Below are positions 7,901 through 17,600 of a DNA stretch of 64,000 nt, in pieces. The DNA is from an uncultured virus (IMG/VR IMGVR_UViG_3300009183_000076) (lineage: Duplodnaviria > Heunggongvirae > Uroviricota > Caudoviricetes). Positions within the stretch are counted from its first letter, which is position 1, and each line of letters starts with the position of its first letter. The stretch lies in IMG/VR virus record IMGVR_UViG_3300009183_000076; one strand, 5' to 3'. Both the position numbers and the translations under genes were made by a program. Under the pieces are notes generated by a model. That model was given only the letters and a program-made list of their open reading frames with translations, was not told the origin of the DNA and ran no database searches.

Positions 7901-10026
7901 CCAACATTTGCATTAATTGTATCAATTGATGTGGCTTGTGTAGCCGCATTGGCATTGGCAAATGTTTGATATGCACCAAGATTAGCGTTGAATGTATTAA
8001 TTGAACTGTTAGCTGCAGTGACGTTACTGGTGATATTACCTAGCCAATTGACCATGGTTGAACTGAAACTGGCACTATTGCCTAGTGCATTGCTCAACTC
8101 AGATAGGGTATCCAGTGCAGCCGGTGCACCAGCAATTAATGTACCAATATTGGCACTTAGTGTTTGTATTGCACTATTGGCCGCAGTGATATTTGCGTTA
8201 ATTGAACCAATGTTACTACCAATGTATGCTTCCACATTTACATTGCTATATGTGCTATCGCCTCCACCACCAGATGCAAATACATTACCGTTGCCAGCCC
8301 AACGAATTCCATCTAGTGTATAAAGAGTTTTGGTATAGACATTTCCTGTGGCACCAATGCCACCTCGAACAACTACTGCACCGGTTACATTACTAGTGCT
8401 TTCAACTCCACTATTAGCAACTAAATTACCTTGTGTAATTTCTGTAGTAGTAACTATTTCTTGATTGGTATAAGAAATATTTTGAACAGTTAAGTTGCCA
8501 GCGACAGTTAAATCTGTATCAATAAAAGCAGTGTAAGCTCTTAGATTACCACTTTGTGGATTGTATGTTAATGCTGTGCTAATATTTTGATCTACATTGC
8601 CGGTAGTGGCATTAACAAAAGTCACATAAGCGGTACCCGAGGATATATTAGATGTAACTGCAGTCTTTGTTGCATTGGTTGCTAGTGTTGCTAAATTTGC
8701 CTGTGCAGCATAACCTGTTGTGTTAAAATTATCAACAGTTAATGCGCCAGTTCCTCTTGCAAGGTTTACTAGTGTACTACCTACATAAACAGATTTATAA
8801 ATTGCTGTTGGTACAATTCCACCGTATATATTACCAGTGACTGTTAAATTTCCTGCTGCTATATTTCCTGTTGCGGTTAATAGATACGCTGCAGTGTTGG
8901 CATTTGCACCACTTGCTATACTGGACAATGAGGTAGAAATTGTTCCTACATTTGCATCTAGAGATGCAATCGTGGTGTGCTGTGTGGCGGCATTAGAAGT
9001 TAAACTGGTAATTGAACTGGCTTGTGCGGCTGCATTAGCATTTGCATAGGTTTGATATGCACTAACATTTGCATCAAGTTGACCAAGATTAGTTTTAACT
9101 GTGCCAATGTTGGCCGAAACATCTCCGGTGTTGGTAATATACAAATTGCCAGCAATACCAACTCCACCGCTTACTCTTAGTGCACCTGTTGTGGTACTGG
9201 TTGATGGTGTTGTGTTGGCCAATATAGCACCACCAGACTTGATTGTACCAAATGTGTTGCCAGTAAAAACATTACCAACACCTTCTCTACCCGAATCATA
9301 CCATTCTAAATATCCTGTACTGTTTGACCACCCTAGGAAAGCATGTTCGTCTTTTGTCTTGTAATAATGAAATTTTAACCCAATGTCTCTACCGTCGTCG
9401 CCGGTTAGAGGAGCCAAGTTGGCCAATGTGTGTAATTCAATTATTGAATCTTGAATCGATAGGCTATTGCTATCAAATGTGGTCGACGATCCTTGTAAGT
9501 TTAAATTGCCAGTTACAGTGAGATTTCCCACTGTTGATTCGGCACCTAAAACTACTGTAGTAGTTGGCGTAGTGAATCGCCATTCTCCATTGGTAACAGT
9601 TAATCGTTGATCCCCCATGTGAAGGGTAGTTCCGCTTAACCATAAATCTCTAAATCTGCGGCCGTTGGTACCTAGATCATATGCTACATTGGCACTGGGT
9701 ATCAATGAACCAGAAATATAAGTGTTGGCCTGACTATTGCCGCCGCCAATATTGCCAAAGAAGGTACCCACTCTGAGATTGGCATACGATGTTACTGTGA
9801 TATTGGAATCAGTCAAGCCAGCATTGGCTGTCAATGCAGTTACAAATTCGTCTGACGATTCTTTCCAAAATAATGCTACGTTTGAACTGGAACCTAAATC
9901 GCGATTGATCAAGAAACCAACGTCAACATTGGCTACTGTAGACTCACTATTCAAAACAGTAATAGGGTCTTGAATTCGAGCAACAATTGTATTAGCTTGT
10001 GAGAATCTAGTTCTAGTTAAACCCAT
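4996..10026 (-). CDS. long tail-fibre protein with internal repeats
   Basis: 1676 aa; repeated STSTTTGALVV.GG.GIAGN motifs, 25-aa ANANAATQATSINTINANIGAYQTY coiled-coil-like repeats, duplicated DSII.LHT.ANLAPL..DDGRD.G domain. Confidence 0.8.
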   Translation of the reverse strand: MGLTRTRFSQANTIVARIQDPITVLNSESTVANVDVGFLINRDLGSSSNVALFWKESSDEFVTALTANAGLTDSNITVTSYANLRVGTFFGNIGGGNSQANTYISGSLIPSANVAYDLGTNGRRFRDLWLSGTTLHMGDQRLTVTNGEWRFTTPTTTVVLGAESTVGNLTVTGNLNLQGSSTTFDSNSLSIQDSIIELHTLANLAPLTGDDGRDIGLKFHYYKTKDEHAFLGWSNSTGYLEWYDSGREGVGNVFTGNTFGTIKSGGAILANTTPSTSTTTGALRVSGGVGIAGNLYITNTGDVSANIGTVKTNLGQLDANVSAYQTYANANAAAQASSITSLTSNAATQHTTIASLDANVGTISTSLSSIASGANANTAAYLLTATGNIAAGNLTVTGNIYGGIVPTAIYKSVYVGSTLVNLARGTGALTVDNFNTTGYAAQANLATLATNATKTAVTSNISSGTAYVTFVNATTGNVDQNISTALTYNPQSGNLRAYTAFIDTDLTVAGNLTVQNISYTNQEIVTTTEITQGNLVANSGVESTSNVTGAVVVRGGIGATGNVYTKTLYTLDGIRWAGNGNVFASGGGGDSTYSNVNVEAYIGSNIGSINANITAANSAIQTLSANIGTLIAGAPAALDTLSELSNALGNSASFSSTMVNWLGNITSNVTAANSSINTFNANLGAYQTFANANAATQATSIDTINANVGAFQTFSNANAATQAVSINTINANIGAYQTYANANVVAIQANLNAFYNYANTKIGTNTNSNLVVVATTNSTSTTTGALVVAGGAGIAGNVTANNFSVSSSGIAPNTGIYQVGVSGILGFSAGTYKRMNLTGVGGVGIGDNITSASLLQIEPTNNPFSLFSPTPTNSFGFYNSGGTFTKNGTYAQVNANSLKTTTLVLDDGVDPYSAGIATTLYIEGAPTSSGLTTITDPYALYVNSGTSYFGSILKTIGNIVAASTTPSTSTTTGALVVGGGVGIAGNVYADKFYTTNGLYWAGNGLAFSSGSTYSNANVEAYIGGNIGAYQTYANANAATQATSINTINANIGAFQIFSNANAATQATSINTINANIGAYQTYANANAATQATSINSIDANLGTATTNITTLFSNAASQAISITSLATGANANTAAYLPSVTTLAGLTSFGAAAATTTAQGSLTIVGNLTVQGNTLTIGSNNLTVTDSIIDLHTFANLAPLISDDGRDVGIRLHYYKTSDKHAFLGWENATEALTYYQDATETNGVVTGTLGNVELGSLYVSNTTPSTSTTTGALVVRGGMGIAGNIQAGNVSVTGNVTGTTFIFANGVNILSTISAGSTYSNVNVEAYIGGNIGAFQIFSNANAATQATSINTINANIGAFQIFSNSNAATQATSINTINANIGAFYTYANTKIGTNTNSNLVVVATTTSTSTTTGALVVGGGVGIAGNVYADKFYTTNGLYWAGNGLAFSSGGGTFTASNTAPTSPNAGDQWYYVASDILFEYINDGDSNQWVDTSSPTTPTSSVLSDLILANVSISSVYNINSTLTALGLGTTANLTIGNVITGIVTATGNVNAANLTTTGNVATSYLIATANVITANVVTNIVTATGNVNAANLTTTGNVVAGNLVTTIVTASANITASNVVTGIVTASGNITAANVTTSGNVRSSYYHGDGSKLTNTMTTGKAIAMSIVFGG

Positions 10027-10060
10027 TTTAAATCCATATTATTATGTATTTATGGAAAAA

Positions 10061-10082
10061 AGAAAAGGGCCCTTAGGCCCTT
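10061..10082 (-). terminator. intrinsic terminator after 10101..10931
   Basis: Minus strand AAGGGCC-TAAG-GGCCCTT followed by TTCTTTTTT. Confidence 0.7.
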
Positions 10083-10100
10083 AAATTGTAAAAATAGCGT

Positions 10101-10931
10101 TTATAAACGCCCAACTACCACTTCAATCACGCCCTCAAGTCCGTCAAAATCTTCTAGTGCTTTACCAATTACTGCACCTAGCTGTGGGCTATTGTCTGGG
10201 CGGGCAAATCCTGCTCCGCCACTAACCAGCATGTCACCTTTGCTAATTTTTCCACGCACTTGACAAGGAGTACGACCCTGTAGTGCAATTGCCACTACAT
10301 TTTCGCCAGTCAATCCGCCATTCATCAAGTGTGCAGGATTTGTAGAAACTACACCAGCAACTCTACGTGTGCCATCTTCGGCTATCGTAACTTCGTTAGT
10401 GCCGCCAAACTCTAATACTGTACCTGGCTTGTATGCTGCATCGGCTTGATAATTTTCTGCCAAGTCGGCGTATTTGGCTTGTGTTGACACACCAAAATAT
10501 GTGCCCCACCAACTGGCCACAGACCCAATGTTGTACGTGGCATTTGCAGTAAATGGAATAATATTTCCTGCAATATACATGTCAGCACTGCCTGGTCCAG
10601 ATCTACTTATAACCAATCCGTTACCCGAATTGCCGCTACTGGTATCCGCAAGTATTTGTATTGCCCCAGTTGCAACAATAGCATTACCAGCTGATCCTGA
10701 AATATATAAATTACCAGAACTGATACTAGCACCGCCGGTGATCTTTAATACCCCGGTGGTTGTACTGGTTGCTTGTGTATTACCAACAGCTTCTATTCTA
10801 TTGCTATACACACTTGCAAAAGGATAAGAAACGTTACCAAAGTAAACGTTGCCTGCGGCCTGTGGTTGTATGTTCCCGTTGAATCTAACGGGATTTGGAC
10901 CGTATGCTGTATCTATTCTTTGTAATGCCAT
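10101..10931 (-). CDS. tail-fibre protein with C-terminal YADLAE (chaperone/autocleavage-like) domain
   Basis: AKYADLAENY.AD..Y.PGTV...GVVST.PA...ALQGR...KGDMLV...IGKALE is a recurrent phage fibre C-terminal domain. Confidence 0.65.
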   Translation of the reverse strand: MALQRIDTAYGPNPVRFNGNIQPQAAGNVYFGNVSYPFASVYSNRIEAVGNTQATSTTTGVLKITGGASISSGNLYISGSAGNAIVATGAIQILADTSSGNSGNGLVISRSGPGSADMYIAGNIIPFTANATYNIGSVASWWGTYFGVSTQAKYADLAENYQADAAYKPGTVLEFGGTNEVTIAEDGTRRVAGVVSTNPAHLMNGGLTGENVVAIALQGRTPCQVRGKISKGDMLVSGGAGFARPDNSPQLGAVIGKALEDFDGLEGVIEVVVGRL

Positions 10932-10946
10932 TGCTTTTTCCTTTTA

Positions 10947-13535
10947 TTATGCTTGGTTTTCTTGCCAGCGCAATACTGCTCGTGCATATACACGGACGTT
11001 GTTGTTTAACGGTGTAACCACAACCGACAATGTGTCTGGACCATCAGGGTATGTGTTGAATCCGCCTAACAAACTGTTGTTTAGTTCTTTAACTTTTGAT
11101 AAATCATATGCAATAGTACTATAGTTAAGTCCAGCAGTGGTTACGGTTCCTGAATAGTTCACCGCGTTTTGTCGAGTAGCTGGCGCTGGCACAATACCTT
11201 GCCAGACTATTTCGCCACCGGTTGTTAAAGTTGCTGAATCATCGTACTGGCACAGGCTATTACCGCCAACATTTTGCCAAGTTGCAGCTGGAGCACTCAA
11301 TTGGCCATTTAGAATGACCTGCATTTGACATGCGTCAGATGCAGCAATTTCAAGACTCAAAGGCCAAACTTGCATGTGATTACATAAATCGCGAACCCCA
11401 AAACCTCCAGGAATACCACTGTCAGCAGTTGGTGCTAGTCGTAAATTCAAAATAGTGTATGGACTGAATTGATCAATTTGATTTAGTTGTCCGGTTGCGC
11501 TGAATGTATAACCGCGATCTTCGTTAAACATGCCATCCATGATCATACTAGTGCCCCAGTGGAACAATGTAGGAGCTGCGGACGGTGCTGTTTCACCATT
11601 TAATACTTCGTATCTAACAGGCAAGTTACCGCTACGGAAATAGGCTTCTACTTTGTTGTTACCATGTACAAATCTATGAGCGTACAAAATTTCTCCGGTG
11701 TTATCTTTGACACCAAAACGAATAGTACCGGCACCATACCATGCATAATCAATGTAGTACATCAAGATTTTATTAATGTCTAAGTTAAATCCAGATTCTC
11801 CTGTTCCGTCTAAAGTATCTAAGTTAAATCCAGTTTGTGGAATACGACTATCTGTAGTTAAACTAATTTTAACTCCACTCAATGAAGTCACTGATGAATC
11901 GGCTCTGTAAGTTGGCGAAACGTCAATACTGGTTGCACTATTAACACTAATAACTTTATAGCTATTACCTTTAACAACCACAAAATCGCCCACTGTTAGT
12001 TCTGTCGTAAATGCTGTGCCCGATCCAGAAAAAACTGCTGATCCGTTTGTAACTGTGATTGTACCTGTCAGCTGTCTAACACTTGATCTGCGAACTGCCC
12101 ATAATTTACTTCCGTCCCATTCAAAGAAAGCGCCGTTTTGATCATCAAATACACCTGCACGGTTGGCAATATTACTAACTGCTTGTGCAGGATTGTTAAA
12201 TGCTACTGCAAAAGAAACTTGTACACCTTTACCAGACTGATAGCGGAAGTATTTGCGGCTTTGACGAACAATACGACTGTTGGGTTGTGTATCATTTGTA
12301 GTCATTGTCATTCCACCGTCAACTGGAGTTGAATATGCTATACCTTGTGGTCTTACATAGACATTACCTACAGTTAAAGTTGCGCCCGATGGGCTACTTG
12401 ATATTTCGTACGTAAATGCACGAGTGTTTCCAGTGGTAGCGATAGTCTGAGCTCCATTGACTGCGGCGGTAGCAAAGTTGACTACAGAAATAGTGTTGTT
12501 AATTTTTAATCCATGATTACTGTTAGTGATAACTTGAACGGTGGTATTACCAAAAGTTTTTAATGCAGTGATAGCAATATTGGCGCCAGTAAAGAACGCA
12601 CCAGGATAAACAGCTACACCGTTTTGCAGTATTGACCCCGAAGAAACTGTTCCGGTACCCACATATCTAAAACTTGTTGCACCTGTATTTGAAACTAAAA
12701 ATTCACCGTTGGCATCGTTGTCTGATGTACCAACAACCGTAATTGGTTGCCCATCAACTAATCCGTGTGCTGCAGAAGTGGTAACTGACACAATTGACGT
12801 TCCATTTCCGGCGATTGCACTAACATTTGCTGTTTGTGATAACGGAGTATCTGTATTGCGGCCATAGCTGGCAAAATAATTATTAATAAACTTCATGGTT
12901 TGCCACTTGGTGGCTTGTGGTCCATATTCAAAGTCCGTGTCAATCAACGACTGCGGTTGACTGACACGCAGTTTACCAACTGGATCAATCAAGAAATCGC
13001 GGAAGCTAACCAATGGTGCTGGTTCTGAGTCAGTGATAATTAATAGTTTATCTGTAGAGTTGTACGATGAGGTATTAACCGGTATCGCCCCAATTCTAGT
13101 TTGATAATTTTGATCTGTGTATGTCAATGAGACATTTGTGCCAGTTGCTGTTGCTGGTACATCAAGATAGATAATGTCAGTGCCGTTGGTATAATCAACT
13201 GTGTTACCGTTTGATGGCATACCGGTACCAGTTACACGCCATCCTTGTTGAATGCCGGTGCTGTTGTAGTATAATGTACCATACTGCCCTGTGGTCATTT
13301 TAATGGCAGTGTTGCCCGAGGCAGTGTTTCCTGCGACCGATAACGTCCTTTGAATATAAGTAAACGTTACTGTGTTAAATGTAGTATCATTGAAGTTGTA
13401 TAATGTTGTTTTACTTGGTACATGTATAATCAATAATACTTGTTCGGGGGTAACTTTTTCCGGTAAGGTAATTTGGGTATTACCGCTTGTACCTGTTGTA
13501 AAAATATAACCGCTTGTGAAAGTTTTCTTTGCCAT
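10947..13535 (-). CDS. virion structural protein (beta-rich, multi-domain)
   Basis: 862 aa; DPVGKLRVSQPQSLIDTDFEYG motif, two T...HGL..G..I.V repeats, lectin-like C-terminal half; TAAATA box at 13559-13564. Confidence 0.65.
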   Translation of the reverse strand: MAKKTFTSGYIFTTGTSGNTQITLPEKVTPEQVLLIIHVPSKTTLYNFNDTTFNTVTFTYIQRTLSVAGNTASGNTAIKMTTGQYGTLYYNSTGIQQGWRVTGTGMPSNGNTVDYTNGTDIIYLDVPATATGTNVSLTYTDQNYQTRIGAIPVNTSSYNSTDKLLIITDSEPAPLVSFRDFLIDPVGKLRVSQPQSLIDTDFEYGPQATKWQTMKFINNYFASYGRNTDTPLSQTANVSAIAGNGTSIVSVTTSAAHGLVDGQPITVVGTSDNDANGEFLVSNTGATSFRYVGTGTVSSGSILQNGVAVYPGAFFTGANIAITALKTFGNTTVQVITNSNHGLKINNTISVVNFATAAVNGAQTIATTGNTRAFTYEISSSPSGATLTVGNVYVRPQGIAYSTPVDGGMTMTTNDTQPNSRIVRQSRKYFRYQSGKGVQVSFAVAFNNPAQAVSNIANRAGVFDDQNGAFFEWDGSKLWAVRRSSVRQLTGTITVTNGSAVFSGSGTAFTTELTVGDFVVVKGNSYKVISVNSATSIDVSPTYRADSSVTSLSGVKISLTTDSRIPQTGFNLDTLDGTGESGFNLDINKILMYYIDYAWYGAGTIRFGVKDNTGEILYAHRFVHGNNKVEAYFRSGNLPVRYEVLNGETAPSAAPTLFHWGTSMIMDGMFNEDRGYTFSATGQLNQIDQFSPYTILNLRLAPTADSGIPGGFGVRDLCNHMQVWPLSLEIAASDACQMQVILNGQLSAPAATWQNVGGNSLCQYDDSATLTTGGEIVWQGIVPAPATRQNAVNYSGTVTTAGLNYSTIAYDLSKVKELNNSLLGGFNTYPDGPDTLSVVVTPLNNNVRVYARAVLRWQENQA

Positions 13536-13571
13536 TTTTTAAATATCCTTGTATTCTATATTTACCGTGTA

Positions 13572-14621
13572 TTAGAAGCCGCCTAGTGCAACTGCGTACA
13601 CCAGTGCTGTATTTTGAACTGTTTGTAAAGAAGTAGATGATCCTGCGATCCATTTACTAGTTGCTGAGTTATATTGTAAAAATTGTCCATTGGCAGGAGC
13701 ACTAGTAAAATCAATATCGGCTAGTGTACCTAATGCACTAATACCTGATCCAGCAAGAATTTTAACTTCTACATTACTGCCAGTGGGTATTGCTTCAGTA
13801 AAGGTGAGCTGATTTCCTGCTAAAGAATATGTGTTTTTGGGTTGGTATATACCGTTCCACCAAACTGCAATTTGATTGATATCAGCTGGTGTATTGCTTA
13901 AACTAAATGGTCCTGAAGAATCGTTACCTTGTATTACACTAGTAATCAATCCAGATGCTGCGGTAGTACTGACCTGACTACCACCTTGGAAAATATTCCC
14001 GCCCACATATAAGTTACCAGAAGCAATAACAACATTGGCAGTGGCAGTAACTAGTTTATTTGTAGCGACTAGTAGGGTCGAAGAAGCAGAACCAGGATCT
14101 ATTGTACTGGTATTAATCCATTGAAATTTTGCATCATTGCTTACTTTAACTTCGGCAAATCCTTTTCCGAGGTCTGTGTTTACGTAAACAAAAATATCCC
14201 AGGATGTGTCAGTGGCTGAGCTATTAACACTTTTTACTTTAACACCAGATATTGCTTCTCTAAATCCTTGACTAAAATAATTGGCCTGTACATTAGTACC
14301 CGATCCACTAAGAATTCGAACCGTGATTACGTCTTTGGCTATAGAGTCAGTGGCATATCCAGATCCGGCCGTAACTGTAATTTCTACTGTTTCACCGGCT
14401 CCTACACCGCTGTTGACACTAAAGGTTCCAAGTTTGTACCAAGTTGCAGAACCTAGTGCAGTAGGAAACTGCATTACATATTTGGTAACTGCTACTGTAG
14501 CAATACTAGCACTACTTGTACTGGTAATATTGCCCGACGAAACAATATCTCCGTTACCAGAAAATATTGTTACTGGACCAACTTCAAGTCCGTTGTGTAC
14601 TACAAAATTTTTATTTGCCAT
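13572..14621 (-). CDS. virion/fibre-associated protein
   Basis: 349 aa; MANKNFVVHNGL start; NGIYQ....YS.....LTFTEA.P.G domain also in 14651, 22148 and 26632; ends AVALGGF. Confidence 0.65.
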   Translation of the reverse strand: MANKNFVVHNGLEVGPVTIFSGNGDIVSSGNITSTSSASIATVAVTKYVMQFPTALGSATWYKLGTFSVNSGVGAGETVEITVTAGSGYATDSIAKDVITVRILSGSGTNVQANYFSQGFREAISGVKVKSVNSSATDTSWDIFVYVNTDLGKGFAEVKVSNDAKFQWINTSTIDPGSASSTLLVATNKLVTATANVVIASGNLYVGGNIFQGGSQVSTTAASGLITSVIQGNDSSGPFSLSNTPADINQIAVWWNGIYQPKNTYSLAGNQLTFTEAIPTGSNVEVKILAGSGISALGTLADIDFTSAPANGQFLQYNSATSKWIAGSSTSLQTVQNTALVYAVALGGF

Positions 14622-14650
14622 TGTTCCATATCTCCCAGTTGGCTATTTTT

Positions 14651-17600
14651 TTATATCTTCATCAATGTTGGTGTGACCTTGATTGCTAAATTGGCTCCTG
14701 CACTGCTTGCATTTAGATAAACTGTGCTACCTGCAATGTTTGACGAGAATGTAGCAAGATTGGCGGCACCTGTGTAGGTAACTGCAAATACTTCAATTGT
14801 TGATGTGGTACCGTTGTGTACACAAACAACTTCTGCTGCTTGATATGCAGTACCGCTTTCGTCGCTTAATTGTACAAAGAACTTGCCGCTACGGTATACT
14901 GCTTTATTGAACCCGTAAACTGCATCAGTTCCGCCAGGTCCTACATACTTTCCTCTGATGTCATTGGTTACTATCTCGGCATTTGTTGTAAAGGTACTGT
15001 TGGCAGATAAGGTTGTAAAGTCTCCGGATCGAGCAACGTTTCCTCCAATAACTGTATCATCCAAACTACCACTACTCACAGTAGCACCAGTAATTGATCC
15101 ACCGCTTAGATTAATATTACTAGCAAAGAAATAATTTACTCGATTTGTTGGAGTACCAATATTTGAGAATGTAACTGGATAGAATGTTCCAGATGTAGTC
15201 ATTCTCCAATTTTCAACAGTACCTAACGAAATATTGCCAGTATAGAAGCTCAAATAATCATTTGACGCTTGAAACTGATTAAATCCATTTGGACTTGCAA
15301 TTCCGGTTACAGTAGATGTGGTAGTAATAACTCTGGTATCAATTACGTCACCTACTGCCGGGGCTTCAGTAAAGGTAATTTGATCCAACGATACGCTGTA
15401 TGCACTACTTGGTATCTGTAACACACCGTTAATGCTTACCATGGTACCGTTAGTGCTACTATTTGCACTTAGTGTAAATGTTTGATTTGCTCCGTCAACA
15501 TTACCGTACGGATTACCTGATGCAGCGTCAAACGTTCTTCCTGTAATAACAGTGAATGTACTACCAGTATTGGTCCAAGTGCCGCCACCGTAAAACTCAA
15601 GTTGATTGGTAGTACTATTAAAGCGAATCATACCGTCAACGTCAGTGAATCCTTTTGCGCTCGGTCTGTCGGAGCTTGGTCCAACTGGTAGCAACAAGGA
15701 ATCTGTGCTGTAAACACCAAATTTGGCACCTTGTACAACATTAGCTGCAACAATATTACCACCAATTACAACTTGGTCATAAGTGGTATCTGCTAGAGCA
15801 AGTACTAAACTATTTTCATTCTTACCACGGATAATAGTATCGTAAATTGACTTATTACCGTTAATAACCATGCCCTGACCAACATACACATTGCCGTTAA
15901 TTGCTGCACCGCCTGTACCAGTTATTACTAACGCTCCGGTTGTGTTTGCTGTTCCTGCGGCTGCTGTGTATACCGTAGTAGTGTTGCTGGTATTAACAAT
16001 ATTACCACCAGTGATCAATGTACCAGTGGCGCTTAATGTAGTAAATGCGCCAGTTCCTGGTGTCACATTTCCAATTGCTTGCGCTTGGATTGCTGCAGGG
16101 GTAAACGATACCGCAGTTAACGTAGTAAATGCACCAGTTGCAGGAACATTTGCACCAACTGGGAAGTTGTCTGCATACCCACCTGCTACTTGTGCATTAG
16201 CAGTACTAAAGTTAGTAATATTACCAGTTGTTGCATATATACCGCTGAGGCCACTTAATGTTCCTCCGGTAATAACTATATTACTGGTACTAAAGTTTTG
16301 TGCAAACAGTGTAGTAATATTACCGCTGGTTGCGTTTAATACAGTTGATGTTAAATTCTGTGCATTAGCATTTGTAAATGATGCTGTTGAAGGATCTACA
16401 GCGCCAATTGGTATATTATTAATTCCACTGGTTCCTGTACCACCACGAATCCAGACTGGTCCAGTTGATGCTGCCCATAAGCTAGTTGCGGCTCTAAAGT
16501 TACTTGCATAGACGTTTGCTGCGCTTGTGGCACCAACGGTCATGTTGTCCATATTACCTGGCGTTAATGGATTAATTGTAACTGTTGATGCACCAGACTG
16601 CGGGCTCAAATAAACATTTGATGTTGCATTTAATGTTGCAGTTTTTGTTTCGCCGGATACTGTTACCTGTGTAAATGCACCAGGTGCTGCTGTGTTAGCG
16701 CCAATTGGGAAATTATCTGCATACCCACCAGTGACACGAGCATTGGCTGTGCTAAAGTTTGTAACTACACCAGTGGTAGTTTTAGAATCAGTAATATTAG
16801 CACTGGTTGTGTTTACGTTTGCTATAGTTGCTGTGCCGGAGGTTAACGTTGTGATGTTACCCGAAGTAACATTTGCGCCCCAGGTTGTGATATTTCCGGT
16901 ATTAATTGATGGCGTAGTAAGATTTGTAATGTTACCAGTGGTAACATTTAGAGTGGTTGTGTTAACTGTATATGCTGCGACTATATTAGCATTTGCTGTG
17001 GTAAAGTTACCAGTGCTGGCTGTATTTGCACCCAATGGGAAGTTATCTGCATAACCACTGGTAATACGAGCATTACCACTTGAGAAATTGGTAGCAACTA
17101 ATGTGGTTATGTTTGCGTTAGTTACATTTTGGGATGTGGCATCAACTGTATATGCTGTAACAGCAGCAGCATTGGCTGTAGTAAAGTTACCAGTGCTTGC
17201 TGTATTTGGTCCAATCTTAAAGCTGTCTGCATATCCACTAGTTATTTGAGCATTGCCACTTGAGAAATTAGTAGCAACTAATGTGGTTACGTTTCCGTTA
17301 GTTACATTTGATCTGGCAGCATTAACTGTATATGCTTCAACCGCGGTAACATTTGCTGTAGTAAAATTAGCATATCGGGGAGTAGTAAACCCAATTACTG
17401 TATTGTCAATTGCACCGCCAGTGATGCTGGCATTATTGGTTTGCAATGACCACATGTTGGTAACATTACCGCCGCTAATTTCAACATTGGTTGAAATTAA
17501 ATTACCAAAAACTCCGTAATATCCTTCAACATGGTCGGCTTGTACAAATGATGAATTTCCGCCAGGTGTGTCTATTTCAATGTTACCGCCAGTAATGATT